A stretch of 64,000 bases of DNA, taken from positions 22,171 through 86,170 of the forward strand of contig CABRDE010000060.1 of NCBI GenBank assembly GCA_902469665.1. Reading direction: 5' to 3'. Below the pieces are notes generated by a model. The model searched no databases and was not told where the DNA came from. It saw only the letters and a list, made by a program, of their open reading frames with translations. Below, piece after piece: positions 9,217 through 18,345 of this stretch; position 1 is the first letter of the stretch; each line of letters opens with the position of its first letter. The position numbers were made by a program, and so were the translations under genes. Origin of the DNA: an uncultured Collinsella sp. Its GTDB lineage: Bacteria > Actinomycetota > Coriobacteriia > Coriobacteriales > Coriobacteriaceae.

Positions 9217-10428
9217 ATGCTGTCTGTTGACGAGCAAATGCGTATCATCACCTCGGGCGCAGCGCAGATCGTCCCCGAGGCCGACCTTCGCAAGAAGCTT
9301 GAGAAGGGCGAGCCCCTCAACATCAAGCTCGGCGTCGATCCCACTAGCCCCGATCTGCACCTGGGCCATGCCGTGCCGCTGCGCAAGATGCGTCAGTTCC
9401 AGGACCTGGGCCACAACGTCACCCTCATCATCGGCAACGGTACCGCGTTGATCGGCGACCCTTCGGGCAAGAATTCCACCCGTCCGCAGCTTTCGCAGGA
9501 GCAGATCGAGGCCAATGCCGAGACCTACGTGAGCCAGGCCATGAAGATCCTGGATCCCGAGAAGACCACCATTGTGCACAACGGTGACTGGATCCTTTCG
9601 ATGGACCTGGCCGGCCTGCTGCAGGTGTGCTCCAAGTTCACCGTCGCCCGCATCCTTGAGCGCGACGACTTTACCAAGCGCTACCAGTCTCAGACGCCGA
9701 TCGCCCTGCACGAGTTCCTGTACCCCGTGATGCAGGCCTTTGACTCCGTGCAGATCAAGGCCGACGTCGAGATGGGCGGCACCGACCAGCTCTTCAACCT
9801 GCTCGCCGGCCGCGAGCTCATGGAGAAGATGGGCATGGAGCCGCAGATCGCGCTCACCATGCCGCTGCTCGAGGGCACCGACGGCGTGCGCAAGATGTCC
9901 AAGTCATACGGCAACTACATCGGCCTGACCGACGCTCCCAAGGATATGTTCGGCAAGACCATGTCCATCCCCGACGAGATGATCGGCAAGTACTATCGTC
10001 TGGCCAGCTCGCTCACCCCGGCCGAGGTCGACAAGATCGACGCCGCCCTGGCCGATGGTTCTGCCGACCCCTACGAGCTCAAGCGCGCTCTGGGCCGTGA
10101 CCTGTGCGACACCTACCACGGCGCCGGCGCCGGAGACGAGGCTCAGGCCGAGTTCGACCGCGTGTTCAAGGAGGGCCAGCTTGCCGACTTCCCCGAGAAG
10201 CATGTCGAGCTGACCGTCAACGACGAGGGCCAGATCTACCTCGCCGGCCTGCTCAAGGACTTGGGCCTTTCGGCGAGCGCCGGCCAGGCTCGTCGCGATA
10301 TCGACGGCGGTGGCGTCAAGATCAACGGCAAGGCCGTGGCTCCCAAGAGTTACAACATCGACCCCGGCGCCCTCAAGCTGGGCGACACCCTCTCCGTGGG
10401 CAAGCGCAAGGGCTTTAAGTTGGTCTAG
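9217..10428 (+). CDS. tyrS: Tyrosine--tRNA ligase
   Basis: HIGH-like (DLHLGH) and KMSKS motifs plus a C-terminal S4-like domain. AAGGAGG RBS is present. Confidence 0.95.
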   Translation: MLSVDEQMRIITSGAAQIVPEADLRKKLEKGEPLNIKLGVDPTSPDLHLGHAVPLRKMRQFQDLGHNVTLIIGNGTALIGDPSGKNSTRPQLSQEQIEANAETYVSQAMKILDPEKTTIVHNGDWILSMDLAGLLQVCSKFTVARILERDDFTKRYQSQTPIALHEFLYPVMQAFDSVQIKADVEMGGTDQLFNLLAGRELMEKMGMEPQIALTMPLLEGTDGVRKMSKSYGNYIGLTDAPKDMFGKTMSIPDEMIGKYYRLASSLTPAEVDKIDAALADGSADPYELKRALGRDLCDTYHGAGAGDEAQAEFDRVFKEGQLADFPEKHVELTVNDEGQIYLAGLLKDLGLSASAGQARRDIDGGGVKINGKAVAPKSYNIDPGALKLGDTLSVGKRKGFKLV

Positions 10429-10456
10429 CAAGTAGGTCAACCTAACATGTGCAATA

Positions 10457-10496
10457 GGGCCGCAGCCGGAACGATTCCGGCTGCGGCCCTTTTTTG
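10457..10496 (+). terminator. Intrinsic terminator after tyrS
   Basis: Hairpin GGGCCGCAGCCGGA-acga-TTCCGGCTGCGGCCC followed by T6. Confidence 0.85.
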
Positions 10497-10705
10497 GCAT
10501 TTGGGGACGTTCCTTTTGTGCCGGCACTTTGGGACACTCCTTGCCATTGGTGCAAAGTAACCTGCCCCCATTGCGCTGAGCGGCGTGTGCCGTTAAGCGG
10601 AGGGGCGTATTGTTGGCCCATCGTTTGGGCATACAATGGCTATTAGCTTGCTGCGGTGAAGGCCCGTCCGCTCCGCAGCTTTTTTCTACGGTTAAAGGAG
10701 TATGT

Positions 10706-12526
10706 ATGTCCGTTGAGGTCATGAGGTCTGTGATCGATGCTGCCGGGGGGCGCGTGCCCGTCGACACGCTGTTTACCAATGCGCAGATTGTCGACGTGTA
10801 TGGCCAGCGTGTGGCGCCCGGTAGCGTTGCCGTCAAGGACGGTGTGATCGTCGGCGTGCTCTACGATGGTCGCGACGATGCCGCTGGCGCCTATGAGGCA
10901 ACTGAGGTCATCGACTGCCAGGGTCGCTATCTCGGTCCCGGTTTTATTGACGGGCATCTGCATATCGAGTCTTCGAACATCCGTCCCGCCGAGTATGCTC
11001 GCATGGCCGCGACGCGCGGTACTACCACCGCCATTGCCGACAGCCACGAGATTGCCAATGTTGCCGGTCTCGACGGCTTGCGCTTTATGATTGAGGACGG
11101 CCGCCGCGCACCCATCTCCATCAAGTACATGATGCCTTCGTGCGTGCCCGCGCTGCCCGACGAGCAGGCCGGCGCCGTTATTTCGGCTGCCGATATGCAG
11201 GCGTTTTTTGCCGAGCATCCGGGCGATGTCTTTGGTCTGGGCGAAATGATGAACCTGCCGGGCGTCTTTATGGCCGATCCCGAGACCTGCGCTCGCATTG
11301 ACGCTGCCAATCAGACGCCGTCCAAACAGGTCGACGGCCATGCTCCGCTTGTTGCCGGCAAGGATCTCAACGCCTATGCCGCAGCGGGTATTATCGCCGA
11401 CCACGAGTCGACGATTCCCGAGGAAGCGCTCGACAAGCTATCCCGCGGCATGTATGTCATGCTGCGCGAGGGCACCTGCAGCCGTGACCTTGCCAACCTG
11501 TCGCCTATGCTGCTGGAAAACCCCGCCCGTGCTCGCCGTTGCTGCTTTGCGACCGACGACCGCGCTCCCTCCGACGCGCTTTCGACCGGCATGATCGACA
11601 ACGCCTGCCGCGTGGCCATCGAGGCCGGCATCGACCCGGTGGTCGCCATCTCCATGGCGTCTCTTTCCACGGCCGAGGCCTTTGGCCTGGACCACGGCTG
11701 TCGTGACCCGCATGAGCTCCGCGGCGCGATCGCTCCGGGCAAGCGCGCCGACCTGCTGGTGCTCGATGACCTGACCTTTGCCACGGCCCCGCATCGCGTG
11801 TATGCCGCCGGTGCGCTCGTGGCACAGGACGGCGCCTTTGTGGGCGAGGTTGCGCCCGAGACCGCTGAGGTCGCAGCGCTTGCCGATGAGCTGCGTGCTT
11901 CCGTTAAGCTGCCGAAGCTTTCGCTTGACGTGTTCGATTATGCCTTTAAGCCGGGCGAGGCGGTTATTGATGTGATCCCTGGTATGGCTATCACGGGCAT
12001 GGTTCGTCCCGAGACTGACGAGGACTTGCGTCGCATTATGCTTATCGAGCGCCATGGCCGCGGCGTGTCGCTGCAGGCCGAGGGCGTCGACGGCGACGGT
12101 CCCGCCGGCATGGGGCTCGTCGGCAAGCATATCGGTCGCGGCTGGGTGCGCGGCTTCACCATCACGGGCGGTGCCATTGCCTCCACGATCGGCCACGACT
12201 CGCACAACGTGTGCGTGGTGGGCGACAATGCGGCGGATATGATGGCTGCCGTTGAGGCCGTGGGCCAGGGCGGCCACGTGCTGGTGCGCAACGGCGAGGT
12301 CGTGGCGCGCATTCCGCTGGCGCTCGGTGGCCTTATGAGCGAGGGCACGGCCGAGGATGTTGCCACGCAGCACGACGACTTTATGGTCAAGGCGCGCGCC
12401 ATGGGTATTGAGCCGCCGCTCGACCCCATCATGGGCATCATCTTCCTGCCCCTGCCGGTCATCCCGACGCTCCGCATCCGCCCCGAGGGCATGTTCGACG
12501 TCACAACCTTCACCTACGCCGACTAG
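10706..12526 (+). CDS. ade: Adenine deaminase
   Basis: Amidohydrolase fold with the GFIDGHLHIESS metal-binding motif and overall Ade architecture. AAAGGAG RBS precedes ATG 10706. The track ORF start at 10610 has no RBS. Confidence 0.9.
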   Translation: MSVEVMRSVIDAAGGRVPVDTLFTNAQIVDVYGQRVAPGSVAVKDGVIVGVLYDGRDDAAGAYEATEVIDCQGRYLGPGFIDGHLHIESSNIRPAEYARMAATRGTTTAIADSHEIANVAGLDGLRFMIEDGRRAPISIKYMMPSCVPALPDEQAGAVISAADMQAFFAEHPGDVFGLGEMMNLPGVFMADPETCARIDAANQTPSKQVDGHAPLVAGKDLNAYAAAGIIADHESTIPEEALDKLSRGMYVMLREGTCSRDLANLSPMLLENPARARRCCFATDDRAPSDALSTGMIDNACRVAIEAGIDPVVAISMASLSTAEAFGLDHGCRDPHELRGAIAPGKRADLLVLDDLTFATAPHRVYAAGALVAQDGAFVGEVAPETAEVAALADELRASVKLPKLSLDVFDYAFKPGEAVIDVIPGMAITGMVRPETDEDLRRIMLIERHGRGVSLQAEGVDGDGPAGMGLVGKHIGRGWVRGFTITGGAIASTIGHDSHNVCVVGDNAADMMAAVEAVGQGGHVLVRNGEVVARIPLALGGLMSEGTAEDVATQHDDFMVKARAMGIEPPLDPIMGIIFLPLPVIPTLRIRPEGMFDVTTFTYAD

Positions 12527-12705
12527 TCATCGGGGACACTCTTTGGCGAGCTGCCTGACGCCGCGACCGTAGGACCTCTGGCATGTGTGAGCTATTTGCC
12601 AGGTCCTTGTAACGTTTACGCCCGCGGAGTCTTATTTGAGCTCCCTTTGGGTACGTTGGAATCGGATACGCGTCTGATTCCAACAAGCCCGAAGGGAGCT
12701 TTTCT

Positions 12706-13500
12706 ATGTTTAAACTGATTGCATCCGATATGGACGGCACACTGCTTGACGAAAACGGCCAGGTGCCTCCCGAGACCTATGAACTGATTCTGGCGCTACA
12801 CGAGCATGGCGTGCATTTCGCCGCATCGTCAGGTCGTCGCTACGATCGCCTGTGCGAGTTCTTTGCGCCCGTTCGCGACAAGATGGACTTTGTCGCCGCT
12901 AACGGCGCCCAAGTCTACGCCGGCGGTAAGATGGTAGACCGTGAGGTGTATTCCCACCTGGCGATTCGAAGGCTCGCCCAAGCCGTCAGGACGTTTCCCA
13001 ATCTGCATCTTGCGCTCTTTGACCGAACCAAGTCCTTCCTGCTCGATGACGAGTGCAAGTTCGTGCGTGAGGTCGATAAGGACCTTCCCAATGCCGAGCG
13101 CATTTGGGAGCTGCCCGATCCCAGCGTAAATATCATCAAAGCGAGTATCTTTTGCGACGACAGTGCGGTTATGGACAGTGCGTACGTGCTACAGCGCGAA
13201 CTTGGTCAGCTCTTTACTTTTGCGCCTTCGGGCAACGCGTGGATCGATGCCATGCAGCCTGGTGTGTCGAAGGCCTCGGGTATCGCGCAGCTCGCGGAGC
13301 ATTACGGCATTGGACGCGACGAGGTCATGGCGTTTGGCGACTCGATGAACGACTACGAGATCATTCGCTTTGTCGGCACGGGCTGCGCGATGGAAAATGC
13401 GCGCCCCGCGCTCAAGGCGGTGGCCGATCGCGTCGTAGGCTGCAACCGCGACCACGCCGTTCAGCATGAGCTCCGTCGCGTGCTAGAGGGCCTCGCTTAA
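12706..13500 (+). CDS. Cof-type HAD-IIB family hydrolase (sugar phosphatase-like)
   Basis: DMDGTLL motif I at the N-terminus and a C-terminal GDSMNDYEI motif. Confidence 0.8.
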   Translation: MFKLIASDMDGTLLDENGQVPPETYELILALHEHGVHFAASSGRRYDRLCEFFAPVRDKMDFVAANGAQVYAGGKMVDREVYSHLAIRRLAQAVRTFPNLHLALFDRTKSFLLDDECKFVREVDKDLPNAERIWELPDPSVNIIKASIFCDDSAVMDSAYVLQRELGQLFTFAPSGNAWIDAMQPGVSKASGIAQLAEHYGIGRDEVMAFGDSMNDYEIIRFVGTGCAMENARPALKAVADRVVGCNRDHAVQHELRRVLEGLA

Positions 13501-13502
13501 TC

Positions 13503-13600
13503 CGGCAGCTGGGGACGTTCCCGTTCTGCCGGCAGTGGGGGACAGTCCTTGCAGCTTTTCACGAAGAGTGTCCCCAACGACTAGTCATTCAAGAACGTCC
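13503..13600. repeat. Nested inverted repeats built on GGGGAC/GTCCCC words between convergent genes
   Basis: GGGGACGTTCC...GGGGGACAGTCC...GTGTCCCCAA...GAACGTCCCC. The outer and inner pairs are reverse complements. Related words recur at 10496-10545 and 54720-54822. Confidence 0.7.
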
Positions 13601-13618
13601 CCAATGACTGGCCAGTGG

Positions 13619-14461
13619 CTAGGCGAGGGCGGCCATGATGGCGCGGGCGACGCCGTCGTGGTCGTTGTCGAACTCGGTGATGGCGTCGGCGGCGTCGCGG
13701 TCTTCGGGCTCGCCGTTGATCATGGCTATGCCGTGGCCTGCTGCCTGCAGCATGGGAATGTCGTTGATGTTGTCGCCGAAGCCCCAGGCGTCGGCGAGAC
13801 GCTCGCCCAGGTGCTCGCATAGCCATGTGAGGGCCGTTCCCTTGGTGGCGCCCTCGCCCATGACCTCGATATTCATGGCGTACGAACGCGTGACCTCAAT
13901 GCCTCCGAGCGTGTCGAGCTCCGCCGCGATGGCGTCGCGATCGGCCGGGTCGTGCCAGTACATGGCGATGCGTTCGAGTGTCTCGACCTCGTCGATCTTA
14001 CTGTCGATATCCATGTCGATCGGTGTTCGTGTGCGCTTGAGCGAAGCCGCGATGTGGGGGTCGCCGCCGCAGAACTCGTCTAGGCGCTCATAGAGCGAGC
14101 GGGGGAGGAAGCACTGGCCGTCGGCGAAGATATCGAAGGTCACATCGTGGCCGGCGGCGATGCGATGGATGCGATGGGCGATGCCACGGTCGAGCGGTCG
14201 GCTCAAGATACGTTTGGCGCGTGAGGCATCGGTAGGCGCATCTTCGTCGAGCTGCCAGACGCTGGCACCATTGGCACAGACCGCGTAGTGCACGGCAGGA
14301 TGGGCGAGGATAGGCTCAAAGATGCCCGACAGCGGACGCCCCGTGCACGGTACAAACTCAATGCCGCGACGTGCGAGCTCGTCGAGCATCGCCCAGGTGA
14401 CGTCGCTCATCTGCTTGTCGCTCGTCAACAGCGTTCCATCCATATCGGAAAACACAATCAT
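13619..14461 (-). CDS. Cof-type HAD-IIB family hydrolase
   Basis: MIVFSDMDGTLL N-terminus and a GDNINDIPML motif. Confidence 0.8.
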   Translation of the reverse strand: MIVFSDMDGTLLTSDKQMSDVTWAMLDELARRGIEFVPCTGRPLSGIFEPILAHPAVHYAVCANGASVWQLDEDAPTDASRAKRILSRPLDRGIAHRIHRIAAGHDVTFDIFADGQCFLPRSLYERLDEFCGGDPHIAASLKRTRTPIDMDIDSKIDEVETLERIAMYWHDPADRDAIAAELDTLGGIEVTRSYAMNIEVMGEGATKGTALTWLCEHLGERLADAWGFGDNINDIPMLQAAGHGIAMINGEPEDRDAADAITEFDNDHDGVARAIMAALA

Positions 14462-14548
14462 TCGATGCAGCCCTTTCTGCTGGCATAAAAAGCGTGGCCG
14501 AGGGCGGTGATGCCCTGGCCACGCTCGAGTTCTATAACGGTCCGCGTC

Positions 14549-15967
14549 CTAGCGGTCGGCGAGCGGCTTGTACTCCAGCGGCTCGATCACCGGACGGTAC
14601 GCCGGGCGGATGATGCGATGCGCGCAGAAGAGCTCTTCCATGCGGTGCGCCGACCAGCCGGCCATGCGGGCGACGGCGAATAGCGGCGTAAAAAGCGTCT
14701 CGGGCACGCCGAGCATCTTGTAGATAAAGCCTGTGTACAGGTCGATGTTGGCGCAGATAGGCTTGGTCATGCCGTGATCGCGCATCACTTGCGGGGCCAG
14801 GCGCTCGATGCGCTCGATGAGCGCGAACTCCTCGCCCAGGTCCTTCTTGGCGGCAAGCGTGCGCGCGTATCGGCGGCACACCTCGGCGCGCGGGTCGCTC
14901 AGCGTGTAGACGGCGTGGCCCATACCGTAGATGAGACCCGTGCCGTCGAAGGCCTGCTTGTCGAGGATCTTGCCCAGGTAGGCTGCGACCTCGTCCTCGT
15001 CCTCCCAATTGGAGACATGCGCACGGATGTCCTCGTGCATGGACACGACCTTGGCGTTGGCGCCGCCGTGGCGCGGACCCTTGAGCGAGCCGATGGCCGC
15101 GGCGTAGGCGGAATACGGGTCGGTGGCCGAGGAGGACAGCACGCGGCAGGCAAACGTGGAGTTGTTGCCGCCGCCGTGCTCGGCATGCAGCATGAGCATC
15201 ACGTCGAGCAGCATCGCCTCATCGCGGGTGAACGCCATGCCGCCGCGCAGGACCTGCAGAATGGTCTCGGCGGTGGAGAGGCCGGGCGTGGGGTGCGGCA
15301 CGTGAACCTCGGAGCCGCGAAGCTTGGCGATCGAGGCCATGTGGGCGAAGGCGGCGATGCGCGGGAGACGCGCGAGCATGGAAATGGCGACGTCGATTTC
15401 GTGCTCGGGCGTGATCACGTCTGGTTCGGCATCGAAGGCGTAGAGCAGCAGCACGGCGCGCTGGAGCACGTTCATGATGCTCGACGACACCGTGGTCATA
15501 GGGAACTCTTTGACGTATTCGTCGCTCAGATGTCTAAAGGCGCCCAGGCGCTCGCAAAAGCCGTCGAGCTCTTCCTTGTTGGGCAGCGAACCCGTGATAA
15601 GCAGATAGGCGACTTCCTCGTAGCCGTAGCGATTCTCGGCCTGGGCATTGTTGACCAGATCCTCGATGCTGTAGCCGCGAAGCGTGAGCTTGCCCTGATC
15701 GGGCACGACCTTTCCGTCGACCTTGTTGTAGCCGTGCACGTCCGAGATGCGAGTGAGGCCCGCGACCACGCCCGAGCCGTCGGCATTGCGCAGGCCGCGC
15801 TTGACATTGTGCTTAACAAATAGGCCCTCGTCATAAGGGTCAGTCGGCAGGCCATAGTAGAGATTTTCGCTTTCGGGCGAAATCTGGCGGCTCGCTTCGT
15901 AATCCAAGACCAGGCGGCTCAGGTGGTCGTCGAAGCGGTAATAGATTTTCTTGGCGTCGTAGGCCAT
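14549..15967 (-). CDS. Citrate synthase
   Basis: 472 aa citrate synthase fold with conserved His/Asp catalytic context (GHAVY..., LHAEHGGGNNSTF). Confidence 0.9.
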   Translation of the reverse strand: MAYDAKKIYYRFDDHLSRLVLDYEASRQISPESENLYYGLPTDPYDEGLFVKHNVKRGLRNADGSGVVAGLTRISDVHGYNKVDGKVVPDQGKLTLRGYSIEDLVNNAQAENRYGYEEVAYLLITGSLPNKEELDGFCERLGAFRHLSDEYVKEFPMTTVSSSIMNVLQRAVLLLYAFDAEPDVITPEHEIDVAISMLARLPRIAAFAHMASIAKLRGSEVHVPHPTPGLSTAETILQVLRGGMAFTRDEAMLLDVMLMLHAEHGGGNNSTFACRVLSSSATDPYSAYAAAIGSLKGPRHGGANAKVVSMHEDIRAHVSNWEDEDEVAAYLGKILDKQAFDGTGLIYGMGHAVYTLSDPRAEVCRRYARTLAAKKDLGEEFALIERIERLAPQVMRDHGMTKPICANIDLYTGFIYKMLGVPETLFTPLFAVARMAGWSAHRMEELFCAHRIIRPAYRPVIEPLEYKPLADR

Positions 15968-16044
15968 GCGCGCTCCTCTCCGGGCCGCATCGGGGTGACT
16001 TGCATGGGCATGCGCGCGTCAGGCTATCCCCAGCGGCTTGCTCG

Positions 16045-16332
16045 CTACAGGCGGTACATAAAGTTGAAGACGTCCTCGCGCTGGATGGACACGTTGACGC
16101 CCGAAAGCTCGCCGGCCTCGGCCAGCGCCTTCTGCAGCTCGGCGAAGTCGAGCTTGGACTCGGCGGTATCGGCCAGCATGGTCATGGTGAAGATGTCCTC
16201 GATAATGGACTGCGTGATGTCGCGGATGTCGACGTTGGCCTCGCCTAGGACACGGGTGACGCCGGCGACGATGCCGGGGCGGTTCTTGCCAAGGACGGTG
16301 ATGACGATACGGGAGGACGAGATCTCGGCCAT
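16045..16332 (-). CDS. ACT domain-containing protein (UPF0237-like)
   Basis: 95 aa. RIVITVLGKNRPGIVAGVTRVLGEANVDI matches a typical ACT regulatory fold. Confidence 0.7.
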   Translation of the reverse strand: MAEISSSRIVITVLGKNRPGIVAGVTRVLGEANVDIRDITQSIIEDIFTMTMLADTAESKLDFAELQKALAEAGELSGVNVSIQREDVFNFMYRL

Positions 16333-16513
16333 GGGAAACCCTTTCGCGTGATTGCGGCGCGCGCGGGGCGCTCCGCTACGGTACAGTGTTCATCATTGTA
16401 CCTGTCTGGCGCAAAAAAGGCGCGCTCGCTGCGGCGTTACATGCCTGCAACATGAGCGTAAGGGGGAAGGCCGTACGGGGAAGAGCCGTCTGGCGCGTGT
16501 CCGGCTCGTGTTG

Positions 16514-16580
16514 GGTTGATTTCCGATCTCAGCCGAACACATTGAGCGGACAGGCCGTTCCCGCAGTCAGCCGAACGCCT
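16514..16580 (+). repeat. Left copy of a roughly 67 bp direct repeat, candidate attL
   Basis: GGTTGATTTCCGATCTCAGCCGAACACATTGAGCGGACAGGCCGTTCCCGCAGTCAGCCGAACGCC. It recurs at 23727-23793 with 3 mismatches. Confidence 0.75.
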
Positions 16581-16728
16581 CCGACGGCTGATTCCGAACT
16601 GGAAGCGGAGGGCATCCCCGCCCTTCGGTAGGGGATACCGCTCCGCGGCGCATGCCGCGGGCGGCGCCCCTATCGGACCACCGTGACCTCAGTTGGGATG
16701 GGCCCAGCACTGCCGCGTACTCGGTGAG

Positions 16729-17424
16729 CTAGAGCCAACTGTTCATCTTCACGTCGCGTATGGCGATATTTCGGTCGTCCGGCTCGGTGATGCCGTAGCC
16801 GAACGCCTGGAGCGTCTCGATGGACTCCTGGATCCTCTGTTGGAACATGGGACCCGGATCGACCCTCGGCCCGAGGTGCCCGCGCCAAAGGCACGGCGTG
16901 GCGCGCAGCATGTTATGGATTTTGGAGATGGGCTCGATGTCGGCGTAGACGTTGAGCGTCGCCATGGCGTCCTTGTGGCCGAGGATCGATTGGAACGCCT
17001 TGATATCGCCGCCTTGGCGGATCCACTGCGTTGCGAACGTGTGGCGAAGGCCGTGGAACGTGATCAGCTCGTCGTTGGTGCCCATGAGGCCGTTGGTCTC
17101 CGAGAACGTCTTGAACGCCCTGCGGATATAGCTTGTCGTCGCGAAGGTCGCGCCCGGCTCCGACAGGATGTAGCAGTCCCCGATCTCGACCGCCCCGGTA
17201 AGGCCGCGCAAGCGCAGCTTTCCGCAGTCGATCTCGTGGGTCTCCTTCAGGAAGGGGAGTAGGCCGACCGGGTCGATGGGGATACCCCTGGCGTCATGGG
17301 TCTTGGTGTCCTTGATGAACGAACCCATTCCCTTCGCGTACGCCACCGAGTGTCTGATCGAGATCAGGCCCGTCTCGAAATCCACATCGCACCACCGAAG
17401 GCCGCAGACCTCGCCGATTCGCAT
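16729..17424 (-). pseudogene. 5'-truncated tyrosine recombinase/integrase (catalytic domain only)
   Basis: Begins at box I (MRIGEVCGLRWCDVDF) and carries HGLRHTFAT, LGH and a catalytic Tyr (LNVYADI). The N-terminal core-binding domain is absent. The upstream gene is only 30 nt away. Confidence 0.7.
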
Positions 17425-17454
17425 CCCCGTGTGCAGGGCGAGTACGACCGCCCT

Positions 17455-17706
17455 CTAATCCTCGGCGGACCAATCGAGTCCGAACTCCTTTCGGGCATCC
17501 TCTTCGCTCATGACTTCGAGAAGGTCTCCGGGTTGGCAACGAAGGGCGAGGCATAGCTGCTCGAGTGTGTTGAAGCGAATGCCGCGAATATGCCCTTTTT
17601 TAATACGGGACAGGTTCACGGGCGTGGTTCCAATCCTTTCGGCAAGTTCGTTCGAGGAAATCTTTCGCTCGGCCATGATCTTGTCGAGGCGAACAATTAC
17701 GGGCAT
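17455..17706 (-). CDS. XRE-family HTH transcriptional regulator (YozG-like)
   Basis: 83 aa. IVRLDKIMAERKISSNELAERIGTTPVNLSRIKKGHIRGIRFNTLEQLCLALRCQPGDLL closely follows the YozG pattern. Confidence 0.85.
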   Translation of the reverse strand: MPVIVRLDKIMAERKISSNELAERIGTTPVNLSRIKKGHIRGIRFNTLEQLCLALRCQPGDLLEVMSEEDARKEFGLDWSAED

Positions 17707-17715
17707 GGCGTTTCC

Positions 17716-18228
17716 TTACGCAATCTCGTCGGAGTCGAGGTACAGCTCTCGGGCGTACAAGAAGAGCTGGGAAAGCATGAACAGGACGATGCCGAGAACC
17801 AGAGAGGTCCAATCGAATGATGAAGCGATCTCTTGGGCGCCGACGGCCCCCTCGCCGCCAAACATCGAAACGGAGGTTTTGAGTGAGCCGGCGTAGAGGC
17901 TGGTGGCAGCTTGAACAACGAAGAGAATGCCGAGCACCTTCAAGCATGTCGCAGACCCTTTCTTGAAGGGGTCTGCGCTCTTGATCGTCCACACGAGAAC
18001 GGCGCTGAGGATGGTCGTAGCGATACCGATGACGGCAGGGACCAATGTCGAGATCGCAAGGGCTGGATACGCGGGGGAGTCTGCAATTACAGGGTTGTCG
18101 AGCACTTCGATTGCTGGCTTTAAGGAGAACGCCACTTGTGCGATGGCGGTGGCGCAAAGGGTCGCAGAGGCTATCGCACATGCGATGCGGAGGGAATGAA
18201 GCCGGGGAGTGCGATTGTCGGAACTCAT
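17716..18228 (-). CDS. DUF2975-like multi-pass membrane protein, the usual partner of YozG-like regulators
   Basis: 170 aa with 4 predicted TM segments, immediately upstream of the XRE gene in the same operon. GGAGG RBS is present. Confidence 0.65.
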   Translation of the reverse strand: MSSDNRTPRLHSLRIACAIASATLCATAIAQVAFSLKPAIEVLDNPVIADSPAYPALAISTLVPAVIGIATTILSAVLVWTIKSADPFKKGSATCLKVLGILFVVQAATSLYAGSLKTSVSMFGGEGAVGAQEIASSFDWTSLVLGIVLFMLSQLFLYARELYLDSDEIA

Positions 18229-18345
18229 AATAACCTCCGAAGAATTTAAAAAACTCAGGTTACTTTTTAACAGTTTATGTTAAATTGACTTTGCCGGCAA
18301 GTAATAAGGGCCGAGCATTTTGTTCGGCCCCTCTGTTCCGACTGG

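Noticed and set aside
16386-16631. Track ORFs 16386-16631 (81 aa) and 23725-23985 (86 aa), which share a VDFRSQPNTLSG.AVPAVSRT peptide, considered as a duplicated small-protein gene.
   Set aside because: The shared peptide is simply the translation of the 67 bp direct repeat. There is no RBS, the ORFs diverge completely outside the repeat, and they overlap hairpin structures. A non-coding att or repeat interpretation fits better.
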